The notes beneath the pieces were generated by a model that searched no databases, was not told the DNA's origin, and saw only the letters and a list, made by a program, of their open reading frames with translations. A stretch of 64,000 nt of DNA from an uncultured Pseudomonadales bacterium (GTDB taxonomy: Bacteria; Patescibacteriota; Microgenomatia; UBA1400; UBA12028), in assembly GCA_964635905.1 (NCBI GenBank), contig CAZWPK010000001.1, forward strand, positions 155,863 through 219,862, given 5' to 3'. Position numbers and translations under genes: made by a program. Shown piece after piece: positions 27,484 through 37,794 of this stretch (positions are counted from its first letter, which is position 1; the number at the start of each line of letters is the position of its first letter).

Positions 27484-27966
27484 TTGAATAACCCTTTTAG
27501 GAGCGGTATGACACTTTCTCGATTTGCAGCATCCATGAGTATGGCTGCCGTTGTTCTTCTCACGATCTCTGTTTCCCCTTCTTTTGCTGCTCCGCGTACA
27601 GGGACACTGTACACTTCGAAAGAAAAGGGCATGGGTGTGCAAGTGATCCCGTATGTGACAGCCGATAAACATAGTGTTTTTCTGGATTTTTCAGCGACCA
27701 ATCTTTCCTCAGTTGAGTACATTAAATACAACCTAAACTACGACACCTCCAAAGGACTTCGAGGAGCGGAAGGGATGAAGTGGCCACTAAAAGCAGAGTA
27801 CAAGCTCTTTAAAGGTGTTCCCTATGTTCGTCAACATATTTTATTAGGAACCTGTTCAAAGAACATCTGTAGTTATGATTCTAACGTCAAAAACTTCCGT
27901 TTGACCGTAACGACCAAATATAAAGGTAAAGCTGCCGAACAAACCAGAGTTGTATCGTTTAACTAA
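27484..27966 (+). CDS. Secreted hypothetical protein (signal peptide)
   Basis: N-terminal 'MSMAAVVLLTISVSPSFAAP' signal-like. Confidence 0.4.
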   Translation: MNNPFRSGMTLSRFAASMSMAAVVLLTISVSPSFAAPRTGTLYTSKEKGMGVQVIPYVTADKHSVFLDFSATNLSSVEYIKYNLNYDTSKGLRGAEGMKWPLKAEYKLFKGVPYVRQHILLGTCSKNICSYDSNVKNFRLTVTTKYKGKAAEQTRVVSFN

Positions 27967-27976
27967 CCTTTGACTG

Positions 27977-28426
27977 TTATTTTTCCTGAGAGGAAGCGCC
28001 GACAAAACGCTCGGTATCTACGGATGGGGTTTGGGATGCAACATCTAGGGGCTCCAACGATGCGCGCATGTGAGCGATGATCTCTCGTAGAGATTCAGGC
28101 TCTACCATTGTCGTTGCCGGCATAATCGAAATTTTACCAGAAGTGGATGCAGCAATCACAATCCGTTCTCCATTTGGGAACGTAATTTGTGTTCCAGAGG
28201 CCCCTTGTGAAAGGGTAGAGCCACTCGGGTATTCTAGCGCGTACCCGGATTCTAGATTTTCCAATAGTGCCCAAGTAATTGGACTTGGACTTCTGATCGG
28301 TACGGCCGTTCTAGTAAAGGAAGGTAACTGCGCAGTTCCCAGGACAATCCCAAGAATCCCAACAACAATTAAACCAACACAGACAATGGCACGAACGCGC
28401 ATAGGAAGTGACATAGGTAGATGCAT
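27977..28426 (-). CDS. Hypothetical membrane-anchored protein
   Basis: N-terminal TM 'AIVCVGLIVVGILGIVLG'. Confidence 0.35.
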   Translation of the reverse strand: MHLPMSLPMRVRAIVCVGLIVVGILGIVLGTAQLPSFTRTAVPIRSPSPITWALLENLESGYALEYPSGSTLSQGASGTQITFPNGERIVIAASTSGKISIMPATTMVEPESLREIIAHMRASLEPLDVASQTPSVDTERFVGASSQEK

Positions 28427-28611
28427 ACAATCAATCTTCGTTCGATTGGCAACATCTCTTCTTTGTATACAAGATCACAGCATTCTTCGTCAAACCTTGA
28501 TTTACTCATACGATCCCTGTACGTGTATCGGAAGTAAACGACCTCACCAGAGATGTGATCAAAATCACTTCAATGCTACCTCCATTCAGGTATATTCAAC
28601 GAGGTGAATAT

Positions 28612-29088
28612 ATGAAACAAAAGAACATTATTGTCCTCGAATCTCAGATCTATTCTTGTTTGTCGCATCCTAAGCGGCTAGAGATCCTCAACTTTCTTTC
28701 ATCGCAGCCGCGTACCGTGATGGAAATTGTAAAAAGCATGCACCTCTCGCAATCCAATGTTTCCCAGCATCTGGCACTTTTAAAGAAAATGGATTTAGTC
28801 GTCTGCCAAAAGGACGCTCAACATCGCGTATATCAGTTACGCTCGAAGGAAATTCAGGAGCTTTTTGCACGAACTCGTCATCTTATTTTGGATAGCGTAG
28901 GTCTACAAGAAGTCGATGATGTTAATCGACTACAACTGCATGTTGATCCCATCTGTGGCATTGAGCTTACGGTGAAAGCAGCGGCTAGCTCTGTGCTGCA
29001 TGACCATCATCGCTACTATTTTTGCGGATACGGATGTGAAAAACAATTCCGTTCCAGCATGAATCCTTCCAAAGAAATGACGATTTAG
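28612..29088 (+). CDS. ArsR/SmtB-family transcriptional regulator fused to C-terminal YHS/TRASH metal-binding domain
   Basis: wHTH 'PKRLEILNFLSSQPRTVMEIVKSMHLSQSNVSQHLALLKKMDLV'. C-terminal 'DPICGIEL......YYFCGYGCEKQF' (YHS). Start at ATG 28612 with GAGGTG RBS. Confidence 0.65.
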   Translation: MKQKNIIVLESQIYSCLSHPKRLEILNFLSSQPRTVMEIVKSMHLSQSNVSQHLALLKKMDLVVCQKDAQHRVYQLRSKEIQELFARTRHLILDSVGLQEVDDVNRLQLHVDPICGIELTVKAAASSVLHDHHRYYFCGYGCEKQFRSSMNPSKEMTI

Positions 29089-29158
29089 AAGCATTGCCAT
29101 TGTGTGGTGCTGTAATTGGTCTCCTGTAAGGAAGTGCGTTCTTGTACAATACAAAAAC

Positions 29159-30394
29159 ATGACCGTTACCTCGACCCATATTCAGCGGGTGTATCTTTCC
29201 TTATTACTCTGTAATACCTTGGCCGCTTCCCTGATCTGGGGTGTGAATACCTTATTTCTGTTAGAAGCGGGACTCAGTAATACTCAGGCGTTTTTAGCCA
29301 ACGCGTTTTTTACCATCGGACAGGTACTCTTTGAAGTTCCAACAGGAATGCTTGCAGATTTGAAAGGGCGTAGATTCTCTTATCTATTAGGAACACTTAC
29401 TTTAGCTGTTTCTACATTCTTCTATTTGCTGGCGTGGATGCTGCATGCTCCGTTTTGGGCGTGGGCGATTGCTTCGATGGTCTTAGGATTGGGATTTACA
29501 TTTTTTTCTGGAGCAACCGAAGCATGGCTAGTCGATGCCTTAACGCATGCTCGTCACAAGGGAAGTTTAGAAGTCGTGTTTGCAAAAGGTCAGATGGCTT
29601 CTGGAGTCGCAATGCTTGTTGGGTCAGTCTTTGGAGGGATACTTGCGCAACGCACAACCTTAGGAGGACCCTATATCCTCCGATCATTGTTACTTCTTGG
29701 TACGTTCGTCATTGCCTGGCTCTATATGAAAGATTGGGGCTTTACCCCCAAAAAGAGAACTTCGCTTTCCAATGACATCCATGAACTGTTTTCGAATTCT
29801 ATGACCTATGGACTACGCCGTCCTTCAGTATCCTGGGTCATGCTATCGGCACCGTGGATCTCCGGTGTTTCTTTCTATGCCTTTTATGCGCTTCAACCCT
29901 ACTTATTAGAGCTCTATAAGGATCCGAAAGCCTATACCATCGCTGGACTGGCGGCCGCAATCGTAGCTGGTTCACAAATTCTGGGAGGAGCATTGGCTGG
30001 AAAACTTGGAGTACTGTTTTCTCAGCGCACACAAGTACTGCTCGTCGCCACCATTGCAGGAGCCATGGCATTACTTCTCGTGGGTCTTGTTTCGCAGTTT
30101 TGGCTGGCAATCGTACTATTATCTGCGTGGGGATTAGTTTCCGCAGCTGCACTTCCTGTGCGTCAAGCCTATTTAAACGGCTTAATTCCGACACAACAAC
30201 GAGCCACAGTACTCTCGTTCGACTCGTTAGTTGGATCGCTGGGTGGGGTCGTTATCCAACCAATTCTGGGGCGGGTTGCAGACACTACCAGTTATGGGTG
30301 GTCTTTTATTTCTGCCGCTGGTATTCAAGTTTTCTCGTTGCCGTTCTTATGGAAAGCAAAACAACAGAACGCAGTGTCCGATCCATTGTCGTAG
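29159..30394 (+). CDS. MFS transporter
   Basis: 12 predicted TM segments. Loop 2-3 motif 'GMLADLKGRR'. Start at ATG 29159. Confidence 0.65.
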   Translation: MTVTSTHIQRVYLSLLLCNTLAASLIWGVNTLFLLEAGLSNTQAFLANAFFTIGQVLFEVPTGMLADLKGRRFSYLLGTLTLAVSTFFYLLAWMLHAPFWAWAIASMVLGLGFTFFSGATEAWLVDALTHARHKGSLEVVFAKGQMASGVAMLVGSVFGGILAQRTTLGGPYILRSLLLLGTFVIAWLYMKDWGFTPKKRTSLSNDIHELFSNSMTYGLRRPSVSWVMLSAPWISGVSFYAFYALQPYLLELYKDPKAYTIAGLAAAIVAGSQILGGALAGKLGVLFSQRTQVLLVATIAGAMALLLVGLVSQFWLAIVLLSAWGLVSAAALPVRQAYLNGLIPTQQRATVLSFDSLVGSLGGVVIQPILGRVADTTSYGWSFISAAGIQVFSLPFLWKAKQQNAVSDPLS

Positions 30395-30775
30395 ATGCGC
30401 TATCCTGTAATTCTTATGCCAGATCAATCCGCATTAGTCCATCAACACTGTGTGCCTTGTGAAGGGGGGACCGCTCCTCTTACAAAAGAGGAATACAGCG
30501 TCTATCTTCCCCAGGTTTCATCCTGGGCTATTACTCCCGATGAGAAACGGATCGAAAAGGAATTTAGCTTTCAGCACTTTTTGGATGGAGTTGCCTTTAT
30601 GAATGCGGTTGCCACACTAGCAGAATCCCAAGGACACCATCCCGATCTCTTTTTACATGATTTTAAACAGGTCAGGGTATCGTTGTGGACGCATGCCATT
30701 GGAGGGCTGTCCATTAACGACTTTGTGCTGGCGACCAAAATCGACCAACTAAAACTTCCCGTTCAATCGAAGTAG
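30395..30775 (+). CDS. Pterin-4a-carbinolamine dehydratase (PCD/DCoH)
   Basis: Signature 'ESQGHHPDLFLHDFKQVRVSLWTHAIGGLSINDF' (E..HHP...........H..GG.S..D). Confidence 0.8.
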   Translation: MRYPVILMPDQSALVHQHCVPCEGGTAPLTKEEYSVYLPQVSSWAITPDEKRIEKEFSFQHFLDGVAFMNAVATLAESQGHHPDLFLHDFKQVRVSLWTHAIGGLSINDFVLATKIDQLKLPVQSK

Positions 30776-30786
30776 AAGCTATTAGC

Positions 30787-31608
30787 TTGGGCATGCGGTA
30801 TACTATACCGCTTATGCCGCATAAAGAGATCGAGATTGCCGCACTGTCAAATCTACCCATCGCAGAAAAGGGAAACGCACAACGACGATTCTCCACTGCG
30901 TTTTGGGAGAGTGTTTTTAAAGAACTGTCAAAATTTCCAGTACTTATTCTTGCGGGAAACCTGTTTGTTTCGTGCCCGGATGATACCGAAGAAATTGTGC
31001 AACGGCGTCTGGATCTGCTGCTACATCTTCTAAAACACGTTCACTCGATTCCAATTGCCATACTTGGGCAGAGAGAAGGAGAGCATGGCCACGCTGACTT
31101 GATAAAGAAGCAACTTCGTAGAGCAGGGGTTAATGTGCTTACGGGATCACCCAAACACCATGTCGTGTCCGTTCGATTTAGAACACATGCGCGATTCCCA
31201 GGTCAGACAATTCGCTTTCTTGGACTATCAGGAGAACGAGCGGGAGTTCGTGTCAGCGTTTCTGATGTTGGGACGGCACAATCGCCAGAAATTCCGCAGA
31301 TTGCAGTCGATGAAGGTCTTCTTCAAACCTATTTGTCTGAGCTTGAATCCACTGAAACAGTGACTCCAGTGATCCCGATCCTTCCGATGGTGATTGATAG
31401 AACGCTTTCCGAAATGCTTGATCAGCATACAACAATGCTCCATTCCGTAATTGTTGGAGCAGGGGACAGACTACATACACCACGCAGCACTACAGGAGGG
31501 GTTCCCATTTACTCTGTGTCGGTACCGACAATGGAGCAACTTCAATTTCGAGATGAAATTAAGCCAATAGATCTGATTACACGCATTCCACTGCATCCAC
31601 GCGACTAG
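30787..31608 (+). CDS. Hypothetical protein
   Basis: 273-aa ORF. Weak 'ILAGNLF' only. No firm family. Confidence 0.3.
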   Translation: MGMRYTIPLMPHKEIEIAALSNLPIAEKGNAQRRFSTAFWESVFKELSKFPVLILAGNLFVSCPDDTEEIVQRRLDLLLHLLKHVHSIPIAILGQREGEHGHADLIKKQLRRAGVNVLTGSPKHHVVSVRFRTHARFPGQTIRFLGLSGERAGVRVSVSDVGTAQSPEIPQIAVDEGLLQTYLSELESTETVTPVIPILPMVIDRTLSEMLDQHTTMLHSVIVGAGDRLHTPRSTTGGVPIYSVSVPTMEQLQFRDEIKPIDLITRIPLHPRD

Positions 31609-31713
31609 AAGTATGTGTTTTAGGTGTATAGTAGGAACAAAACGCTCGTGGAGAACGAGGGAAAACTAAATATTCCTGTATACTAAAAAAACAAGAAAAG
31701 GAGCTTTCGTCCT

Positions 31714-32454
31714 ATGAAAGGTGTCATTCTCGCTGGTGGATTAGGAACACGACTATATCCTCTCACCCATGTAACCAACAAACATTTGCTTCCCATCTAC
31801 AACAAACCGATGGTGTTTTATCCAATCGACACCTTAGTCAAAGCAGGGATCACGGAAATCCTCATTGTAACTAGTGGCCCACACGTTGGACACTTTTTAG
31901 GGGTTCTTAAAAATGGAGCGGAGTTGGGTGTGACTCATCTAGAGTACGCCTATCAAGAGAAACCCAATGGTGGAATTGCGGATGCGTTGGCGTTGGCCGA
32001 AGATTTTGCCGATGGTGAAGATATCGCAGTGATTCTGGGAGACAACACCACGGATGCGGATATTAAAGCAGCTGTGTCTAATTTCACACAAGGTTCTGTT
32101 GTCTTCCTTCGACAAGTTGATGATCCTCATCGCTTTGGAGTTGCGGAATTTGATTCGAAGGATAACCAAAAGATTGTTGGAATTCAAGAAAAACCCAAAG
32201 ACCCTAAATCCAACTTTGCGGTGACCGGTTTGTACTTGTATGACAATAAGGTCTTTGAGTACATCAAGAAATGTGATCCCAACTTTGCTGGACGTGGAGA
32301 ACTCGAAATTACCGAAGTAAACAATTTCTATATTGCCGACGGCAAGCTTTCCTGGGAAGAACTTAAAGGCTTCTGGAGTGATGCAGGAACCTTTAAATCC
32401 ATGCATGCTGCCTCCACCTACTGGGCACAAAAAGACACACCAGAAACAACGTAA
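31714..32454 (+). CDS. Sugar-phosphate nucleotidyltransferase (NDP-sugar pyrophosphorylase, RfbA/GlmU-N-like)
   Basis: N-terminal 'MKGVILAGGLGTRLYPLT' (G.G.RL.PLT). Confidence 0.75.
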   Translation: MKGVILAGGLGTRLYPLTHVTNKHLLPIYNKPMVFYPIDTLVKAGITEILIVTSGPHVGHFLGVLKNGAELGVTHLEYAYQEKPNGGIADALALAEDFADGEDIAVILGDNTTDADIKAAVSNFTQGSVVFLRQVDDPHRFGVAEFDSKDNQKIVGIQEKPKDPKSNFAVTGLYLYDNKVFEYIKKCDPNFAGRGELEITEVNNFYIADGKLSWEELKGFWSDAGTFKSMHAASTYWAQKDTPETT

Positions 32455-32718
32455 CAAAAGCTACAAAAAGGAGTTTGCTATGGGAACTATGGATCAAGGT
32501 GAATCATGGAATGGGCAGGAATCCGCAGATTTTCAACCGTCAAAAATTGACAGAATCTTGCTAAGAGCGCTACATGATAACTCTATACAATCACGAGTTC
32601 TAAAAGCTGTTGGCGCGGAAACAATTGCTGCTGTTGCAACACTTGTTACTGCACAAGACCAAAACACCATTCAAAAACTGGAAGAAGAATTTAAAGACGA
32701 CACAGTCTAAAGCCATTT

Positions 32719-34461
32719 TTGTTCTACATCGATCCACTGTGCTATACTGATTTTCTTATGCTAAAAAAACTTTTGGCAGTGGTAATAGCGGTGATCGGAG
32801 CAAATTGGCTAGTCTACGGAAATGGTCTCCCAGTGGATGGATCCCTTGGTTCGTTTTATTTCATTCTTCTTGGTAATCTCTGTATTCACTTGGCGTTTTT
32901 TTCGAAACAAGCAACCTCCAAGCAACATCTAGCTAGAGTGGTTTCCGTCCTTTCAGTTGCTTCCTCTTTTCTTGCACTCTTTCGAGCAAGTAACATTGAT
33001 ACCTTTTGGTTGACCGCGCAGTCGTATGGTCTGTCGATGCTGGCTTTGTATGTAAGCGCTCTGTCCCATCTTCAATTTGGTTCCATCGTCGAACTACTGA
33101 TGGTTCCATTCCGGTTATTTTCTGCCTGGATTGATGCCGCAGGGCATCTTCTACATCATGAACTTTCAGCTCTCATTCAACGTAGCACTCAGGGTTTTCG
33201 TACGCATCCCAAAACAGTAAATTTTCGCCAAGAGACCGTATCCGCTCTTCTTCGTGGGGTAGCTATCACGGTTCCCGTGGTCATTGTGGTCGTGAGCCTT
33301 CTGGCGCAGGCAGATCCCATTTTTTCCAACACCATTGAAAATCTCTTTCGACTTCCACATCTGTCCATTAGCATCCCCGGTCGAGTGATCTTTAGCCTCA
33401 TCGTTGCCGCCGTACTAGCGCCCGTGGCATTTTTGCGTATTTCAAGAGAGTTTCATTCACCACTGATGCGATCGGACTATAAGAAATTCGGATTAGAATT
33501 TTCAATGCTCGCTGGAGCGGTAGCTAGTGTATTGGCACTCTTTCTCGTCATTCAATTCCGTTATCTCTTCCTAGTTGTACCTGATCAATCCTTGCAGTCC
33601 TTTGGCATGGCCACCTACTCTGACTATGTGCGCAAAGGCTTTGGCGAACTCCTCGTTGTAGCCATGATTGTGTATAGCGTGGTTGCCACAAGCTATGTGG
33701 TGTTTCGAGCGCAAGGAGCAACGGGCACGCTTCTCAAGCGACTTAATTTAGTCCTGCTCACAGAAATGGGTATTTATATTCTCTCGATTCTTCGGCGCGT
33801 CATGCTCTATCAAGCAGAGCATGGGTTAACCCGAGTGCGTGTCTATGGAACGTTATTCTTAGGGATGTTAATTGCGTTGACTGTGGTTCTTCTACTGCGC
33901 TATCTGGCAACCAAGAAACGAGCTTGGTATCGAATGGAAGCGGGGATTGTGATCAGTACGGTGCTTCTTTCTGGGCTGCTGAATGTGGATCATTTGATTG
34001 CCACTGTCTGGAAACCCACGGTAAACAAGGAGGTTGACTATATGTATATCGCCCGGTTATCTGCGGATGCCAGTGAGGGCTGGATCCAAGCTGTCGAAGA
34101 GATCAAACAACTTCCATCTCCCCGTTGGTTAACGCAAACACGTTACACCGACGAGGAAGCCCGACAAATTGTCTATAGCTACCGGACCTTAAACCAGCTC
34201 ATCGATACCTATGGAGTATTGGCATGGGATTACGGAACGAGGCTTGATCAAGTTGTCTTTCATCCCGACTACACCAAACCCACTTCGCCACTACGGTATA
34301 ACATTGCCAAAGCACGCGCATACCAACAACTGCACGCAACCATTCCTCCTAGTACCATGCAGGAGTATGTTTCGATCTATCGACAACTGTATGCAAAACT
34401 GTCACCAAAGCAAAAGAACATGCTCTATGATCGTTCCTACGAGTCACCGTTAACGCAGTAA
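32719..34461 (+). CDS. Polytopic membrane protein, unknown function
   Basis: 580 aa with >10 hydrophobic segments. Confidence 0.35.
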   Translation: MFYIDPLCYTDFLMLKKLLAVVIAVIGANWLVYGNGLPVDGSLGSFYFILLGNLCIHLAFFSKQATSKQHLARVVSVLSVASSFLALFRASNIDTFWLTAQSYGLSMLALYVSALSHLQFGSIVELLMVPFRLFSAWIDAAGHLLHHELSALIQRSTQGFRTHPKTVNFRQETVSALLRGVAITVPVVIVVVSLLAQADPIFSNTIENLFRLPHLSISIPGRVIFSLIVAAVLAPVAFLRISREFHSPLMRSDYKKFGLEFSMLAGAVASVLALFLVIQFRYLFLVVPDQSLQSFGMATYSDYVRKGFGELLVVAMIVYSVVATSYVVFRAQGATGTLLKRLNLVLLTEMGIYILSILRRVMLYQAEHGLTRVRVYGTLFLGMLIALTVVLLLRYLATKKRAWYRMEAGIVISTVLLSGLLNVDHLIATVWKPTVNKEVDYMYIARLSADASEGWIQAVEEIKQLPSPRWLTQTRYTDEEARQIVYSYRTLNQLIDTYGVLAWDYGTRLDQVVFHPDYTKPTSPLRYNIAKARAYQQLHATIPPSTMQEYVSIYRQLYAKLSPKQKNMLYDRSYESPLTQ

Positions 34462-34521
34462 TCTGGAGGGCATGGAAGGAAGACTGCAACTTGTGCTACT
34501 GTGTAAGAAGAGCGCAATGGT

Positions 34522-35313
34522 ATGAACTACCCACAAATATTCTTGGAATCTTTTGATGTTCTTACGTTATTGATGGCCACAACCGTATTTTTTTGGCTAA
34601 TTCTGGTTGCATCTTGGGTTGTGATTCTTGTTTTTTTCATTATCACCAGAGGGAAATTTCTCAAAAAAAGTCAGAAAAAAGTGGAAGCTGTCAAAAAACT
34701 GACAAAGAAAGAGAAAAATATCATTCTGGAAAGGCAAAGTCGATACTTCCTTGGCGTGGTAGGTGGTGCTTTGTTTCTATCGATTAGTATCGGTCATTTT
34801 GTCGGTTGGTATTTGCAGGAGAGTGTTCTTATTGCAATCTTGTCTTTGGGCCTACTTTGGATTCTATGGATGCTCCGATCGATGAAGCTTCCAGCGTGGA
34901 TAATGGCCACTCCACTTATCTTGGCGATCACTCTGGCTGTGGTGATCACAGCTAATCAAGGGATACTCGTGTATCCTGATCGGGTAGTGTATAAAAGTGT
35001 CACCAGTGACAAGGGTTCTTTCTCCCGAGAGTTTTTCGCTACACCCAAGATGCAACTGATTATTTACTGTTGGAAAAACCCTCGAAGAGGTGGATACCGA
35101 CGAGTGGAACTACCACGACTTTGTGGGAGTTATTTAAACTCGCCAACAGTCGCCCGTTTTGGTGTGGTAGGAGATATCAACACCCGTCGCATTGATGACA
35201 TTAATGCGGTCATCATTTCCACGTTCAATCTTGTCTGCACTGGTTCCCCCTATATCGATGACAATCCCTTCTTCTTTGAAGTTATCTGCCGCAAAAATCC
35301 GACCCTTGATTAG
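34522..35313 (+). CDS. Membrane protein, unknown function
   Basis: Four N-terminal TM segments then soluble C-terminal region. Confidence 0.35.
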   Translation: MNYPQIFLESFDVLTLLMATTVFFWLILVASWVVILVFFIITRGKFLKKSQKKVEAVKKLTKKEKNIILERQSRYFLGVVGGALFLSISIGHFVGWYLQESVLIAILSLGLLWILWMLRSMKLPAWIMATPLILAITLAVVITANQGILVYPDRVVYKSVTSDKGSFSREFFATPKMQLIIYCWKNPRRGGYRRVELPRLCGSYLNSPTVARFGVVGDINTRRIDDINAVIISTFNLVCTGSPYIDDNPFFFEVICRKNPTLD

Positions 35314-35615
35314 GCGAACCTAGCGTGTGCCATGCACGCAGTATGACTCTGCATTTTGACAATACCGTCGACCCTCTAAAAGTGGTCGCACGCGATCAAG
35401 CTAGCTGTTTCTAGTGTGAAGAGCATTAATGAGCATCTAACTATGATATAGTCATTCAATATGGTTCAGTGCGGAGTGAGAAGAAGTCCGAAAATTCTGC
35501 CAATTTCTCGAGAACAGGGTCACTTTATTCTTACATGTCGCTTACTCCCTTGTGGTGGGGGATTGTCCAAGAGAAGTCATGCTATACAATCATCATCAGC
35601 AATCGTGGAGTATCT

Positions 35616-36218
35616 ATGAAAAACAATTTGTTTCACCGCAGTACCTATCTTTCGATTCCGCTAGCCCTACTCCTTGCAGCAACCCCAGTTCAGGCAGCCA
35701 CCATACAAGACCTCTCTGCAGAATCCTCGTATTGGTGTAATACCAAGGTCACCATTCCCATCGATGGCTTGGATCCGGATTTTCGCTATCAAGTCCGCGT
35801 AGAGCAAATCTCCACCAGAAGCTGTCGTACGGGCACCGATACCTCTGGCTCGTGGACCAATAACGGAAAGATTGTCTCTCCCACTGGCTCTACAATCTGG
35901 AACTACAATTTCGGTGAATATGGCACCTTTCGAGCCAGTGTCTGGCAAGAAGGGAAGGAACTCAGTTCTATCTGCTTTGAAATTGCCGCCCAAGGACAGC
36001 TAAAAAATGTGGAAAAAGGCTGTGGCACTCGAGTAAACTTGTCAACAACCGGTTTCTCAACTCCCACCCCAACCCCCAGAGTCGTCTATGTTTATCCGAC
36101 CACCTCTATCAACCGACCTTCGGATACTGTGCTTTCTGACATTCAAAAGGCATTTGATGAGTTCCTGCGACGCTACTACCCAAGCCTCGTCAGTGACGTA
36201 AGAGTCTATCGAAACTAA
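35616..36218 (+). CDS. Secreted hypothetical protein (signal peptide)
   Basis: 'MKNNLFHRSTYLSIPLALLLAATPVQAAT' signal-like. Start at ATG 35616 after GGAG. Confidence 0.4.
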   Translation: MKNNLFHRSTYLSIPLALLLAATPVQAATIQDLSAESSYWCNTKVTIPIDGLDPDFRYQVRVEQISTRSCRTGTDTSGSWTNNGKIVSPTGSTIWNYNFGEYGTFRASVWQEGKELSSICFEIAAQGQLKNVEKGCGTRVNLSTTGFSTPTPTPRVVYVYPTTSINRPSDTVLSDIQKAFDEFLRRYYPSLVSDVRVYRN

Positions 36219-36495
36219 GACCAGAAGTTCCTTCTCTCACTTCCTCAAGAACTTGCTTTCCAGATAGGCCTGTAATATAATAGAACGCTTGGTTATAAGG
36301 CTAATTGCCTGTATCCAAGTTGTCTTGTTTTTCCTAGCGTATCGACACGATACACCCAGGGAATACACCGACAAATTGCCCTTTTCCATGTGTGATCAAT
36401 AAACCCAATTTCCAGGTGGAACCAGTGGGGATACATCAAGTGTCCCTAGTATTCCGCCTGGAAAGCAGTCCAGGGGATGAGCGAAAGAGGGAAAG

Positions 36496-37161
36496 TTGAA
36501 GACAGATCGCGTCTTTAAGTTCGCAATCGTACTGATTCTAGCGCTGATTGCGTTAGCATCGGTGCTGATGTTCGTTGTTTCAGAGGTCGGTGCTCAAGGG
36601 CACCCGATCATCACAATTTTGCGGACAGAGCCCCGTGATCCAGGGGCTAGGGTTTGGTTCAATGTCCAGAACATGCCCGCCGGTTGGCGGGTCTTGTTCG
36701 ACGACGGGCGCGCCGCCTACCCGTCGAGCGTTGAAACCAGCTCCGAAGTTTGGAGCTGGTGGTTTTACCCAGGGCAGTATCAACTGTCCTTCGGAGTTCC
36801 GGGTAACACCAGGACAATGTGTCTGGTGGTGGGCCCAGACCACCAGGTAAGCTTTTGTCCGGTAGTTTCCGCAGCGACGTTGACGCCCATCCCTGCCCAA
36901 GCTCCTGCGGAAGGTCTCGTGGGGTTCAACGCCCCTCCTCCGGATCAAAACTGGGTTCAGGTTTTGGCTCCCAGGCTCAGAATTCGGGAATGCCCAGCGC
37001 TCTCTTGCCAGGTTGTCGCGCGTGCAACCTGGCACTCGTACCTTATTCAACTGGCCGCTGAGCCGGTCCTCGCGGACGGCTACACCTGGGTCCCCGTCTC
37101 TTGGGGACCCGGGCTGCAAGGTTGGACCGCGGCGGAGTACACGACGTACGCCGCCGGCTAG
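36496..37161 (+). CDS. Membrane-anchored protein with C-terminal SH3b-like domain; body encoded by a ~65% GC segment
   Basis: N-terminal TM 'FAIVLILALIALASVLMFVV'. C-terminal 'YLIQLAAEPVLADGYTWVPVSWGPGLQGWTAAEY' SH3b-like. GC3-rich codons from ~36590. Confidence 0.45.
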   Translation: MKTDRVFKFAIVLILALIALASVLMFVVSEVGAQGHPIITILRTEPRDPGARVWFNVQNMPAGWRVLFDDGRAAYPSSVETSSEVWSWWFYPGQYQLSFGVPGNTRTMCLVVGPDHQVSFCPVVSAATLTPIPAQAPAEGLVGFNAPPPDQNWVQVLAPRLRIRECPALSCQVVARATWHSYLIQLAAEPVLADGYTWVPVSWGPGLQGWTAAEYTTYAAG

Positions 37162-37287
37162 AATCACATGGAAGAGGATCTCCCGTGCCCCGAAAGGGGT
37201 GCGGGAGAATCCGAGAAATTTATCGTAGTTGTTTAACGTAATGAAGACAAACTTGTCACCCATGCATCATAAGAAATTTAAAACCAT

Positions 37288-37773
37288 ATGTCGAAAAATG
37301 AACGATTAATCCTTCCAAATAAGCGTGTCCTTACAGACCCGAGGGAGGTTGCCAAATTTGAACGCATTGCCTCCACTCCGAATCCGTATGCAATTGATAC
37401 GCTCTATGCAGGTCGTTTTGCTGCAGATCAATTCAAAATGGTCACAGGAATCGTAGCGGTCTATGAAGAAGATGATCCAGAGTATGGAACGATACGTGGG
37501 CATGTCCATCGGGTTCCAGATGTGGAAGTTACCAAACCTAGTAAGACTCGACCCGATGCACACTATTATTTTTTGGTAAAACCAAAAATAGGAAAAACGA
37601 TTTTAATTAGACTGACTGCGACGAATTCCTTAAAAGTTATTCAGTATTCGCTAGATGAATTTCCAGCGAATGGATCAACTTTCCTTAAAGGAAATCTGGA
37701 AGAACAGCGTGATTTTATGATACGAACGTATCATAATTTTTTAGCGTCCTATTTTCAAAATCATCGAGAATAA
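37288..37773 (+). CDS. Hypothetical protein (paralog of 37795-38271)
   Basis: 161 aa. 'PNPYAIDTLYAGR' and 'HRVPDVEVTKPSKTRPD' align with the next ORF. Confidence 0.4.
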   Translation: MSKNERLILPNKRVLTDPREVAKFERIASTPNPYAIDTLYAGRFAADQFKMVTGIVAVYEEDDPEYGTIRGHVHRVPDVEVTKPSKTRPDAHYYFLVKPKIGKTILIRLTATNSLKVIQYSLDEFPANGSTFLKGNLEEQRDFMIRTYHNFLASYFQNHRE

Positions 37774-37794
37774 GGTTCTTTAAAAGCAGTACCT

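Noticed and set aside
30787-31608. Metallophosphoesterase (SbcD-like) assignment
   Set aside because: Only a weak ILAGNLF segment. The canonical GDxHG, GDxxDRG and GNHE motifs were not found.
36580-37263. 227-aa minus-strand ORF and several other overlapping ORFs in the 36.6-37.2 kb segment
   Set aside because: They are artefacts of the locally very high GC content (few stop codons). They are antisense to, or overlap, the better-supported signal-peptide/SH3b-like gene and have no motifs.
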